Shown here in pieces: positions 39,209 to 51,800 of a stretch of DNA of 64,000 bases; positions within the stretch are counted from its first letter, which is position 1, and each line of letters begins with the position of its first letter. The stretch lies in NCBI GenBank assembly GCA_973895155.1, contig OZ316894.1, forward strand, positions 14,399,680-14,463,679. Direction: 5' to 3'. This DNA is from Marsupella aquatica (lineage: Eukaryota; Plantae; Marchantiophyta). A model generated the notes under the pieces. The model was not told the DNA's origin, did not search any database, and was given only the letters and a program-made list of their open reading frames with translations. The translations under genes were made by a program, and so were the position numbers.

Positions 39209-40849
39209 CTAGAGCGAGGATGACATTAGTCGGGCTGAGGTAGCCATATTCTTCCCCCTTGCCTCCCGCCGCACTTTGTACCAGGCAAGGATGATGGCAA
39301 TGTGACTTCCCAGGTAGGTTCTTCCCCTGATAGACATACCTCCTTGAGCCCGATTAAGCTCCCCCAAGAACCTGCGGTAAAAGAATTGGGCCCAGTTCCG
39401 CCGTTTGTACTGTTCCACCTGTATGATCATACAGAGGGAGATCTCAGATTGTGGCTCAATCATGTGTAGGGTAGTCCGTATGAAGTTAAGCCGCTCCATA
39501 TAGACTAGGCTGGTGCATGACCCTTGCTTGTACCCGGTGTCTGTCTTACCCTCGGGTTTGAAGTGTCGGGGTGTATACTCCTTATCCCAAATTTGGAGTT
39601 CAACCGACACTGGCCCGGTTGGCAAACAAAAGATTTGTGCCAACCGATGCTCCGTAAGTGATAAGGTCTGTCCTGAAACCTTGGTGGTCGCTGCATCAGT
39701 GTCGAAGTTGGAGATGAACTCATAAACCTCCTTTGGCCCGACTGCGCTAGGTCTCCATAGCAAGTGAGCGAACTGCTCCAATTGATGCTCCTTGAGATAG
39801 TCCGCGTGGTCAGGTTTCTTGATTGTCGTCCAGACTACCTCGGGGACGCGGATTACCTGTAATAAGTTAGGCTGTTGATTATCCGAGGGCCATCGGGTCT
39901 GATTGGTCGATGGGTTGGTCGGGTCAGGCGTAGGGGCGGCGTTGGTTCACGTTGTTGGTTCGGGGGCCGGCGTCGTCCTTGCCCGCTTCCAAGAACGTGT
40001 TCAAGCTGCGGACTAACACGCTCAGAACCCAAGGAACACTCAGTGTTGTTCATGGGACGGACTTGGGACCGGTTTGGTGGTACGCTGGTGGTCATTGGCT
40101 GAGGGGCTGGGGGTGGTGTCGGGGTAGCCATATCCCAGTTGAAGGCGTTGGAGCTTTCCCCAAGGAACGTAAGATTGCGCACCGCTTCCCGTTGTCTGCT
40201 GATGTCTTCTTCACTCTTCTTGGCTGCAATCTGCTGGTCAATGTATCCCGGGATTTTGTCGAACTCCGCTGGAGTCAGCCTCTGGCTACCCCTCAGCCTA
40301 AAAAACTTTGCGGGGACTTCAAGAATCGCCTCTGCTAAACCCCTCCTTGCTGATATATAACTCGTTGATGTAGTCACAACTTGTAGCTGGAATCCCTGGT
40401 GATGGCTATCTTCTCACAGTTAACCTGTGCTACCTTAGCCACCAACTTTGCGTACCTTTGTTTGTAAGCGGCTTTCTCGGGGCAAGAATACCAGTAAGTC
40501 TAGGAGAACTTAGCACCTACCTCGCCAAACAAGGTCCAAAATCCCAAGGCTGTAAGGGACATACTAACCTTGTAGTCTGGTTTGTCGAGTCCACGTCCCC
40601 GCTCGGCAATTTTGCTTGCTGGTGGAGGTCATACTCGCCCTAACTAAATTCTGCCACAATCTGCTCTTATCCCTTGATAATTCCCTCGTAAAAGTTAGCT
40701 CAATTTGAGCAAAAGGCGAGAGGGAATGGCCGCGTCCACAAATTCTAAAAGGTATGAATGAGAAAATGGGCCGTGCCACCATTGACTCAGCTCTTATGGG
40801 GGTGCCAGGGTGAGCTGGAGCGTGAGAAGGCAAGGCCATTTTTAGTCAT
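39209..40849 (-). pseudogene. LTR-encoded PMD-like ORF, fragmented
   Basis: Close homologue of 44674-46143: AEAILEVPAKFF.L.GSQRLT and EFISNFDTDA..TKV.GQ.LSLTEHRL.QIFCLPTG. Confidence 0.7.
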
Positions 40850-43800
40850 CGATAATGGCTCAAAGTTGGGTATCTCGGTCCAAGCGTGATCTCCTAACGG
40901 ATTTTTACTCCGCCGCCGCCACCATACCTTGGTCAATTGTAATAATCCCCTTCCTTAATTCATAATCATTCAGTCAACTAACCTACTCCTAATCTATTCA
41001 TAATGGTAAAGATGGCTATTCGTGCTACTCTACGCTACGGCTACGGTCCTAATGACCGTATAAGTCCTAATCTAGGACCCACGTCCAGTTAAGTGACAGG
41101 TTACCCATGTCATAGTATGGGATATCAATATTCGGGACTCTTTAGTTTTGTTGTATTTTAGTTAGCGTCTGGCACTACTCAAATTGTGCCTAATATTTAT
41201 TGCCTTATGGTGAATTGGAGATTTTTCAATGGACCTTTTTGACAGTGTATGAGGGTCTGACATCCAGACTTATCGGAAAAAATGACAAAAAATCATTTAT
41301 GGCGCCAACGGATTCCATGTCGCCTACATTTCTTGTCTTATACAAATGGCTCTTTTAACATAAAGTTCCCAGGTGCAATTGGTATAAGCTCCACATTCTT
41401 GCAAACTTTTCTTTCTCAACAACTTTCAGCCCCCATATTTGTCTTTGATTGTAATGTCTTGGTCTATCGTTCTATCCCGCTTCGGGACTGGGGATATTGT
41501 CACCATCCCCATCCCTTTGGCAGACACGTACAAGCAAGTAGGGGAGAGATACTTTTGCAGAAGATTTGATTTGAACATGAATGACATTGAGTCCATTGTT
41601 TGAGAGGTTGAATCCATTGACGATATCAAAGATGCTACAACGTTCAATGTTGATGATGGTGAACAATTTTGGCATCTTAACGCTGGGATTTTGTACTCAC
41701 TTTGGGTTAGACCACCTGAAGGACTACCAGGTGTCCGCCAGGTTCCATTTGATGTTGTGGAGATTCTTCTAGTGAAGATGGAGATCACACTCCAAGTCCT
41801 TTGTTGAAGTTGAAAGTCCCGCAACATGTTTTCATTAAAGGTGAGACTTCGGGGAGCTCTAACTAGTTGGAGGTTGTGTATCGGCGAAGTGCAATGGACA
41901 CATTGCCCAAATCCACTGGTCATAGCGAGTTGTCAAGGTTCATATCAACGGGTGATTTCAGACATGAGCAAGTCTCTTGTTTGCCAAACAAGTACAACGG
42001 GAACATTGTCTTTGAATTGCCACCCATTGACAAGATGCTCTCAAAAAGGGTCTAGGCTTAGGGACATGGACCATGCCAAAGATTGCTACATTTGGACACG
42101 CATATTTCCAACCACCGCAAACGTGCAGCCAAAAAAACATTGGCAATTTGGTAAGGTTACCTGTACATGGTTTATTGAATGTCGGAACAAGTCCTGCGAG
42201 TACTTCCAAAGGAAGAAGAGGCAAACGCTAAAGCATGGCAGGGTGCTCCAAAGCTTAGTGGTCAATATGTTGTGGGTTCTTTTATTGAAGAGGGAGGTGT
42301 TGTATGTCATTAATGTCAAGCGATTCCATTTTGGTCAAGTACTGCCCTGCTCGCTTGTTTTATATGTACCCGCAAGTATTACTTGATGCAAAAACATGTA
42401 GTCATATGTCCCGCCTAGCAATTCACATAGGTGAGCATAACCATCCAGGTGAAAAACCTTCTCAAGGAGTGTAGAGAAGATGGCTGAGGATTTGATTAAA
42501 AAAAATCATGAAGCCAGTCCTCTTGCAAAACCAACAGGGATCTTGAATTCTGCTACAACGTTGATAGTGAAAGCTCTTTGCAAACATGTTGACGACATGG
42601 TTGATATCAAAGAAACTGAAATTTGGAAGTCTTTGATGGTACTTTCCACTCCCCAAAAGTTTGCATCGCTTTGTCAGAGCGTAAGGATAGACCAAAAGGG
42701 TCGGGGTGAGTTATATTTTCTCTTGCAAATGCAAAAGAGGATTAACCTTTTGTTTCTCCAAAGGTATTTGCTCCTAGGTAGGGTTGTCAAGACGATAGGC
42801 CTCACATCTTCAAAGTGACCGTGAAGGGTCATAGTTCCGGTGTAGATCTTTTGCGGCTGATGCAACCGGGTGGAAGACTCAAAGGAGCCTGGGTGAGTTT
42901 TGATGTCATGCGTTGTGTGACAACCGATTGGTTTAGTTTTAGCACGCACATCTACGACCATAACTTCCGTGCTCTTTGTACAATTTTCACATGCAAGTTG
43001 AAAGGTGAAGACACCAAGTCTTTTGAAAAGGCTTGGAGAGTTATGATAGAGGTTTGCAAGGAAAATGGATTACAGGATGTTGTCATCCAAGGGTTTATGG
43101 CGGACAATGCACAAGCAGGATGGAATGTTGTCCGCAATGTTTTTTTGGGTGGACACCCAGCCCCGGAGTGGGAGCGCTCTGATGCATTTCACTTTTATCA
43201 ATCTTTTCATCAACATTCCAAGGAAGTCCAAGTATTGGAAGAATGTCAATCAGAACATTGGAGGTTGTGGGAGAAACTAAGAAACACTCCAACGTTTGTG
43301 GTGGCGTATCGGGTGTCCCGAGAGATTGTGGTGTGGTGGCAATCAAGAAACTGTGTACCAGGAAAGCTCTTGATGCTACAAAGCTGGATATCCTGGTGGG
43401 TTGTTCGCTAGCGCCAGTGGGGGAATTTTATTTCAATGGTATGATATATATCTCCTCTCTTGTTTGTCATTGTACATCAACTTTAGACTAGCGCCAGGCG
43501 CTGATTTTATTTTCATGTAATTCACACGTTGAAACAATGATTGCAATACATTGAAGCCCATATGTCAATAAATTGCAAGAGTCAGAGATTCAAATTGTAT
43601 TTGACGTTTGTATAACATAATTGTCATTGACAGCGTTGGGCGCTGGTAATAGAATGTCACTTATTGTTGAATTTGTACTATGGCAGAGCAAAAGCGTAGA
43701 AGAAGGTGCCTTGATTCCCAATTGTACAGGGTCATAATCAAGGCATGCCTCTATGAAAGCATGGGCTACGAAGAAAAAGGTTGGTCTTTTTGAAGATTGC

Positions 43801-44410
43801 AAAGTTGACCAAAACCGTGCTCTGTCGCAAATTGCAGGATATAGTGCATACCAAAAAGGGTTGAACAAAGGAAAGGGGCCAACTATATGGGAATTGGCGT
43901 TCCGTTCTGCCGATCAAGCAGGTTTGCCGAGGTTATTTGAAGATGCGACCAACATGCTTCTTTCCAACGTGGCAAGCTTTGATTTGGAAAGAACTAATCC
44001 CCTTAACGGAGATATAGTGACAAAGTCAATGAAGAGGAAGGGACCTGCAACTAGGATTGTCTTGCCACAAGACTCCCATCGGCATGACACTGTTTTCATA
44101 ACCACACCAAATACTCTAGGCTTGAAAAGGAAAAACCTCAACAAAACTGACTTTGCCTTCATTCCCTCAACTTCTGAAGATCCTGTTACAAGAGTGGTGG
44201 ATCTCTCTGGTCTGGACACATCAGCGGGTGATAGTGATTCACTAGACAATACCCCTCAAACAACTCATGCAACAAGATCCTCTAGACCGCCGCTCAATGC
44301 CCCAGCCGCACTTCAAAATCCTCTTCCACAGACTATTCCACTGGAGAAGGATGTCCCTCTAGGTCAGTGGCAGTTGCGACGGATGTCAAAATATGGAGCA
44401 AGACCCCAGT

Positions 44411-46827
44411 TGTGACACGAGTAACGTGTCACTTAACCGAACCCAGGTCATAGATTAGGTCTTATACGGACGTTAGGACCGTAGCCGTAGCGTAGAATAG
44501 CACATATAGCCGTCCGTTGCCATTATGAATAGATTAGGAGTAGGTTAAGATGACCGAATAATTACGAGTTCAGGAAGAGGATTATTACGCGCGACCACGG
44601 TATGGTGGCTGCAGCGGAGTAAAAATCAGTTAGAAGTCACGCTTGGACCGAGGCGCCGACTTCAGCTCATTCAATGACCAAAATGGCCTGGCCTTCTCAC
44701 GCTCGGGCTCATCTTGGCACCTCCATAAGAGAGGAGCCGATGGCGCTGCGGGCCATTTTCTCATTTCCACCTTTTTGGAATTCGCGGACATTGCCATCCA
44801 CTCGCCTTTCTGATCGAATCAAGTCGACCTTTACAAGGAGATTATCGAGGGATAAGAGCGGAATATGGCAAGATTTAGTCAGGACGAGCGAGACCTCCAC
44901 AAGTAAAGGACCAACCGAGGGGGAACGTGGACTCAACGGACCGGACTACGAGGTTAGTATGACCCTTACAGCCTTGGGATTTTGGACCTTGTTTGGCGAG
45001 GTAGGTGCTAAGTTCTCCGAGACTTATTGGTACTCTTGCCCCGAGAAAGCCGCTTACGAACAAAGATATGCGAAGCTGGTGACCAAGGTAGCACTGGTTA
45101 ATTGCGAAAGGACAGCCATCACCAGGGATTCCAGCTACAACGAGCTGCGAGACTACATCACCGAACTATATCTCAGCGAGGAAGGGCTTAGATCGGTAGC
45201 AGAGGCAATTCTTGAAGTCCCAGCGAAGTTCTTTAAGCTGAAGGGCAGCCAGCGGCTTACTCAAGCGGAGTTCGACAAGATTCCGGGGTACCTAGACCAG
45301 CAGATCGCAGCCAAAAAGCGCCAAGAAGACATCAGCAGACAACGGGAAGCGGCGCATAATCTTACGTTCCTTGGGGAAAGCTCCAACGCCTTCAACTGGG
45401 ATATGGCTACCCCGATACCACCAGTGCCTCAGCCGATGACCATCGGCGTACCGCCAAACCGGTCCCAAGTCCGTCCAGTGATCAACACAGAGTGTTCTTT
45501 AGGTTCCAAGCAAGTTAGTCCGCAACTCGAACAGCGTTCTCGTAAGCAGCCAAGGACGACGATGGCCCCCGAATCAACAACGCAAACCAACGCCGCTCCT
45601 GCACCTGCCCCGGCGAACCCCCCGGCCAACCAGAACCGACGGCCCCCGGATAACCCGAAGTCCAACTTATTACAGATAATCCGTGTCCCCGAAGTAGTCT
45701 GGATCGCGATCAAGAAACTTGAACACGCGGACTATCTCAAGGAGCATCAGTTGGAGTAGTTTGCTCACTTGCTATGGAGGCCGTGCGCCACCGGGCCAAA
45801 GGAAATTTGTGAGTTCATCTCCAATTTTGACACTGACGCATCGGCCACCAAGGTTTTGGGGCAGGCCTTATCACTCACGGAGCATCGGTTAACGCAAATC
45901 TTCTGTCTGCCAACCGGGCCGGTGCCGGTTGAACTCCGAATTTGGGATAAGGAGTATATGCCGTGGCACTTCAAACCCGAGGGTAAGACGGACAACGGAT
46001 ACAAGCAGGGGTCGTGCACCAACTTAATCTGCATGGAGCGTCTTAACTTCATACGTCTTAACTTCATACGGATCATTGAGCCACGATCCGAGATTTCCCT
46101 CTGCACGATCGTGCAGGTGGAACAGTACAAATGGCGGAACTAGGCCCAATTCTTCTACCAAAGATTCTCGGGGGAGCTGAAGCGGGCTCAGGGTGGTATG
46201 GCTATTGGGGGGAAGGCTTAGTTATCTTAGTAGAAGATAGGTGAGGCACGGGGAGTCCCGGCCTGAGCAGGGTCAGAGCGCACCAAGGAGTGAGAGCCAG
46301 AGTCGAGCTTGCTGGGCAAGTGCGAGGCAGGGTCTCGTAGAGACTGGGCATCGACTGCCATTGGGCCTGCTAACCCCCTTTGAAGTCGAGTCAACCATGT
46401 AAACTGATGCTTCGCTGAGTAAATGTAGTCTTTTCCCTCTAATGTTTCCGCAAGTAACTGGTGTTGTGAGTATGCTTTGTCTGGGCAAAGGCACCATTTT
46501 AAGGGACGTACCGGGTGCAGACTAATGGTAGGGATTGCCACCCATTGTATGTCACAAGGTTCTTTCGCGTCGATGGCTTGAAAAGCCCCAAGCCAGGAGT
46601 TAGTCCGAGTCACTAACTAAGGGAGGATTCCAGCGGTGGAAGATAAAAGATACCTATGACTAGTACAAATTGCTTAAGCGTTATACCAGTAAGTATAGCG
46701 GCTTAGCCCGACTTAGGGCTAATCGGAGCCACTACACACCTCCTTGCCCGAACCCTCACCCCTACTGGTGGTCGAGGTCGCACCATGGCACTAAACTGGA
46801 TTTAAGGCCCAGGTTAGGGACGCGACA
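44411..46827 (+). mobile_element. Solo-LTR-like unit with an internal deletion, same family as 32973-41114
   Basis: TGTGACAC...CGCGACA termini; TSD CCAGT at 44406-44410 and 46828-46832. Confidence 0.9.
44674..46143 (+). pseudogene. LTR-encoded PMD-like ORF (361 aa open, then TAG, continuing in frame)
   Basis: ORFs 44674-45759 and 45769-46143 are in one frame and are homologous to the other LTR ORFs. Confidence 0.7.
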
Positions 46828-48878
46828 CCAGTGTAATGGGACTCTCTGTGGGAATTCTGATCGCGATGAGTGTCAAAATTGTATCAAGAAATTTGGATTA
46901 CATTCGTCTGACGGTGTTGTTGGAATTGTCGTGAGGGGCCATCGTCTTTTTAGGGGCAAACCCATATCCAAAATGATTTGGTTCTGCCCAAACAAAGCAT
47001 GTTATAGGAGTCACCCGCATCGTGGGGTTGATCGACTTCCTCCTGTTCCTGATATTTTTCCGGTTCTGAAGGGTACAAGCCTGTCTCCCTCTGAAATTAA
47101 GTTCCTCGAAGGGCAAGGACTTGTGCTAGCCCAAACACCAGGATTGAGTTGATCTGTGCCATCTTTGTTTGATCTCAGGATAAATGTGACCGTGTTCCCC
47201 AAAACAATAAAGTTTTTGGAGCCAAATGTCCGGCTGGGTAGTCGAAACAAGAGGAACTCAAGGCCTCAATCTAATCTTACTATGGATCACACTAAGCGAA
47301 TGGAGTCTACACGAAAAGAAGAGATGAATTTGGATGGGAATGGGATGTTCAGACTGGAAATGATTTTGGAAAGCAATTTCAAATTTGAACCCATGAGAAC
47401 CTTCAATCGCCAAGCACTTACTTTGTCCAAATCTGTATCTTCCCTGCTTGCTCTTGTGAGGACTTCTTCCGGCGGCATTCGCGTGGCAAGTCGTACATGC
47501 CTTGTAAACATCTCTATTGGGTGTACATTAATGTTTTCAAATTTGATGTTGAGGAGTCGACTCTTTGTAGCCAACCAGTTTTGACAGTGGGCAAAGTCAA
47601 GCTTGTCTTGGAGAGGCAGAACGTGAATGGCTTATAATAGAACCCAAAAATTCCGTGTAACTTGTTCTACATAACGGATAGTCACTATTTTGTCTTTAGC
47701 CAACGGATATTTTACTGGTTTGTTCAAAAGATTTTGGTTAGCGTTGGGCACTGCTTCCAGTAGTTGCTACGTTCCTTGCTTTATGATGTGCCTATAAGAG
47801 AGAATCATTAGGACATGTTCCATTTTATATGTATGTCTTTTATCTTTAAAGTCGTGTGTTCAATCATTCTGAATAATACAGTTGGCACCAGGCGCTGTTT
47901 TGTCATTTGTTTGTTGGGATACAGGGTCCATTTAAGTGAACCCATTGTGATTGATGTCATTTGGACACCAGCCTTGACTAGTGCTATTAATGGTGGGTCC
48001 CACCCAAGGGTAACTCTTTAGCCTGGACAATTTGTGAGTTATTATTGGGTATGGTCCCAATTATGTGTTATATGATCTTCTACAATAAATTGTCGTGTCA
48101 AAGGACCCTTGAAGTACTATTGAGCTCGCATGGCACTAAAAGATTTGTTAGTTTTGAAGCTAATTCCTTAAGACAAACTCATGTGATTGGCGTAGTTTTT
48201 CAGTATTGAAGGCTTCCAACCATAGGTATGTTCTGAGTGTATATAATTTATATGTAGTGGGAGAGACTTTTTCTCATTTGTATCAAGGGGTTATGGTTTA
48301 TGCTAAACTGGTAACAGGGAAAGTTTTACTGGTAATAGGTAAATTTTGGCTGTTAACAATAAAGGGTTTCCTGGTAACAGGTTATCTGTTTTCTGTTTTC
48401 TGTCATGGTTGCCATACACCTCAATTCTTACCGAATGGTGACAATGCTAAGCTCATCCGGACCACCTCTTCAAGATCTTTCCAACGCCATATTATACGTG
48501 AGTTTTCATTATGATTTGACTCAGCAATGTCAAATAAAAAATTGTTGTCGGGAAATTTTTATGTTTTAAATAAAATGGTTAGTGGGAGCAGTTTTACCTC
48601 AATCTTTTTGTCTTTTGATTTGTCTTTTTTTTACATTCTTTTTTACGGCATGGCGTCCTAGTTTTTACAGCAAAGTTGCCACAAACACAAATGCAGAAGT
48701 TCATTTTATCCAAAAACAAGTCTCTTCCTATTTGCAGCGTGCATGATGATGTGGCGTGCTGTGGAGCCAGGAATTTTGGAAAGGACCCCTAATGGGGGTC
48801 CGTAATAAGAGCATATCAACTACTATAATATCTAAATACTGCCAAAAGTGTTGGGTAGATTGTTTACAAAGTGGGTAG

Positions 48879-51800
48879 TGTTGTGGGAGAAATGAGACAA
48901 AGAGTTAGTTCCATCTTTACTCTTGGTAGAATATGTACATGTGGCTATGGCCTAAGTAGTTAGGGTAGTTACATAGGTAGTTATCCCAAAGGTAGACTTA
49001 ACTCAAGTATGAGTTACAACACTCCCCCTTTGTAACATTGGGGTTGAAATGTTACAATCAAGAGTCTACTTTGGGTATATTCAGTGGTATACAATAGGTT
49101 TTGTTTATGTCTAGCCTATTTTATAAATGGTGTAGCCATCTCAAGTCTACTATAAATGAATGTCAAGCTTCTCCTAATAGATGTCTTATAATTCATGTTG
49201 CATGGTAGAGTGTAAGTGGGCACGGGGCTTTTATGTGTAGTAGGCACCCTTGGGAAAAATATCTCCCCCTGAATTTATGAAATTAATTGGTGGAAGTAAT
49301 CATCATTTGTCGCCATGTAGGTTCTGTAATTTAGTTTCTTTCTTTATGTCCTTACTTCATGCCTTGTTGTTTGGTTTTTCTTGCCTTTTGAAGAGAAAGT
49401 CTCTTTGTTCTTTAGTTCTCCATTACTTAGTGTAAAATGGTCTTCTTAGAAGAAAATGTGGAGGACTTTCCTTTGGTTTGATGGCTTCTCTTTGTTTGCC
49501 TCCTTTGCCCGGCGTCTCGTCTGTAGCCTATACCACGATCTCCGTCTGCATTGGACGTCCTTCTCTCTCCTGGCGTTCCTCGCGTTCTCTCTTTGGTTTT
49601 TCGGGTTTGTGCTTCCTTCAATGTTCTTGGATTTATCCTCCTTGCCTTTGGTGCTTATTGTTTCTCCTCTGTCTCGCATTCTTTCCTTCAAAGTTTTCTC
49701 CCTTCGCGTTTGATATGTTCGCGATGCTGCCTGCCTTGCTCACGATCTGCGTTCGATTTCTGTAGTGTCTTCTCTCCTCTTATCTTTTCAATTGGGAATT
49801 AGGCGTAACTATGGGTGTTCCTTATGAATCAAGCTTCCGTATGGGGTCGCCTTCACGGACTGGAAGTAGGAGGTCTGATGACTCGTTCCAAAACTTGTTC
49901 CAAAATGCAGATGCGTCAGTATAACCACGTATCATCTTGGCAAATGCCCAGTGTGCCTCACTTGGCCCCCAAAACCAAAACATTTTGCGCCTGTCGAGAG
50001 AGCTTCACAAATATGATTGACGGAAACTTCCCTACATGTCGTCGATCTTGAATGACGGAGCATGCTTCATCTTGTTATCGAATTGTAACGTAACGGTTAG
50101 TTCCATGCTTTGCCCAGTGCTCCTTCAAATCGATAGGATAATTTACATTTATCCCTTCGGAGCCGAGTTGTTCCAAAAAGTTCATGGAGATCATAGTGGT
50201 GCAACGCGAGGACTGCCAGCCCCCGTTACCCCATCTGTAACACTGCTGTCTCACACCTATACAGGAGCAGTGGGGAATGGGGTATCGCACATTATCAACG
50301 TCGTGAACATCATCGTTTGGGCCCTTCAGGTAATCGGCCTCGTCGCTATCTCCAAGCTCCAAATGATGCTCCTGGGGAGAACGACATGATCTTTTCGAAC
50401 GCACTGTGCGATCGAGCGTAGATTTCACTATTAGCTTCCTCTTCCTAGGAAACCCACAAACTGACTCTTTTGGCGTCGCCGATCTTGCCAAGGTCACTTT
50501 GCTCTTGAACAACAGCACTGTACCGTGTGGAAGACAAGGGAGCCTAATGAAAAACTCCTACAATAGTACAATTCTTTTCATACTCAGCGGATGGAAGAGC
50601 TTTGAATCTTTCACCGATGGCCTCTTTTGGACAAGGGTGTTTTGTTCGCTGAAATATCAAGAGCTGTAACAGCAGCATCGCGTTCCTCCATGGCGGAATC
50701 TCGATCAGCGTAAGCTACATCACGTAGCAGAAGAGCAGCGTCTCTCTCCTCATATGCAACTATTCTCTCCGTGATAGCCGAATTTTTCTCCAAGATAGCT
50801 GCATCCCGTGCGGGCTATCATTGGCTATCGAGCGAGGCCTGCCCCTATGAGGTTGCGATGTCCTAATCGAATTCTTCTTTCTGCTTTTTGATCGTCTTCT
50901 CTCTATTGCTGTTGTCTTGCTCTTCTTATCCTTTTCACCCTGGAGGGGGATGCTGCTTTTCAGGATCGGTTACTCTCGAAGGGCGAAGGACTCATCAATG
51001 ACTGACGAAGAATGTAATCTTGTGATCCTCGGTTGGGGATAGACTTCCGTTCTGTTCTACTTTCTTCTTGAGTTCTCTTCGAATCTTCTAAGAAAAATTT
51101 CCTTATCTCCTGCTATCCTTACGAGTTCCTTATGGAATTGAGGCTGTGATCTGTGCCTTGGATTGGTTTGCTTGTGTGATGATCTCGCTGCCTGAAGTGG
51201 AGGTCGCTACTTTCTATGGTCTGCAAGTCGCGACTTTCTTCACTTGCCTCTTTTCGCACTTCTTACGCGATTGCTCCAAATCCTTCTTTCGTTTTCCAGT
51301 GATGCGACCAACGGGTTTAATTTCCCCATGTTTGTCCTGCTTTTCTGTCAGCATAGTGTCGGGAAAGCGTAGTGTCGGGAAAGAAATCACAACATCCTGT
51401 TACTGCTTCGTCCATTTCGAATGCCTCCAGCGGTAGACTCGAGTAGAACTGGAAGCAAACACAGGAAACAGAGTAGGTTGTCGTACTCCAATCTGTTGTG
51501 CGCTCATGACCAGCCGTCAGTGAGCTGGTGTTCGCTAGAAATGTTATCAATCAAAGATGTAGTTGGTGTGAGGGTCTTGCTCGCCAGGGAATGAGAAAAC
51601 ACCTTGGCCACCAACTTCCGACTCCTCGAAATGGCTGGAGTTCCAATCGCTGGCTCATTTCCAGATTCGTGAGCGCGTCAACAACACTGGCTCTGACTGA
51701 CTGTTGCTGTTGCCTTACTGCTGTACCAACTTGAAAAGCGTGCACCGAATAAGATGGCGCCTTGATATTCAATTCACCATAGCCGGGATCAATTCTTCCT

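Larger units (their letters stand above)
32973..41114 (-). mobile_element. Solo-LTR-like unit (about 3.1 kb after removing the nested 33925-38965 insert)
   Basis: Ends are TGTCGCG and GTCATA (CA mutated to TA). TSD GTATG at 32968-32972 and 41115-41119. Both ends and the internal ORF match the inverted copy at 44411-46827. Confidence 0.82.
41229..47637 (+). pseudogene. Mutator-like (MULE) DDE transposase with GCM/WRKY-like N-terminal zinc domain and C-terminal SWIM finger; decayed, split by an LTR insertion
   Basis: GCM-like DCYIWTR...KVTCTWFIECRNKSC...IHIGEHNHP; D1 in WVSFD; D2 and DxxH in FMADNAQAGWNVVRNVF...DAFHFYQS; intron 43439-43686; third acidic position lost in CTGS*SRHASM. Removing 44411-46832 restores RPQ-CNG in frame. 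SWIM PACSCEDF...PCKHLYWV lies at about 47440-47525. Confidence 0.78.

Noticed and set aside
48785-48804. Hairpin GGACCCCTAATGGGGGTCC as a Helitron 3' end
   Set aside because: No CTRR terminus at the expected distance and no Rep/helicase remnants.
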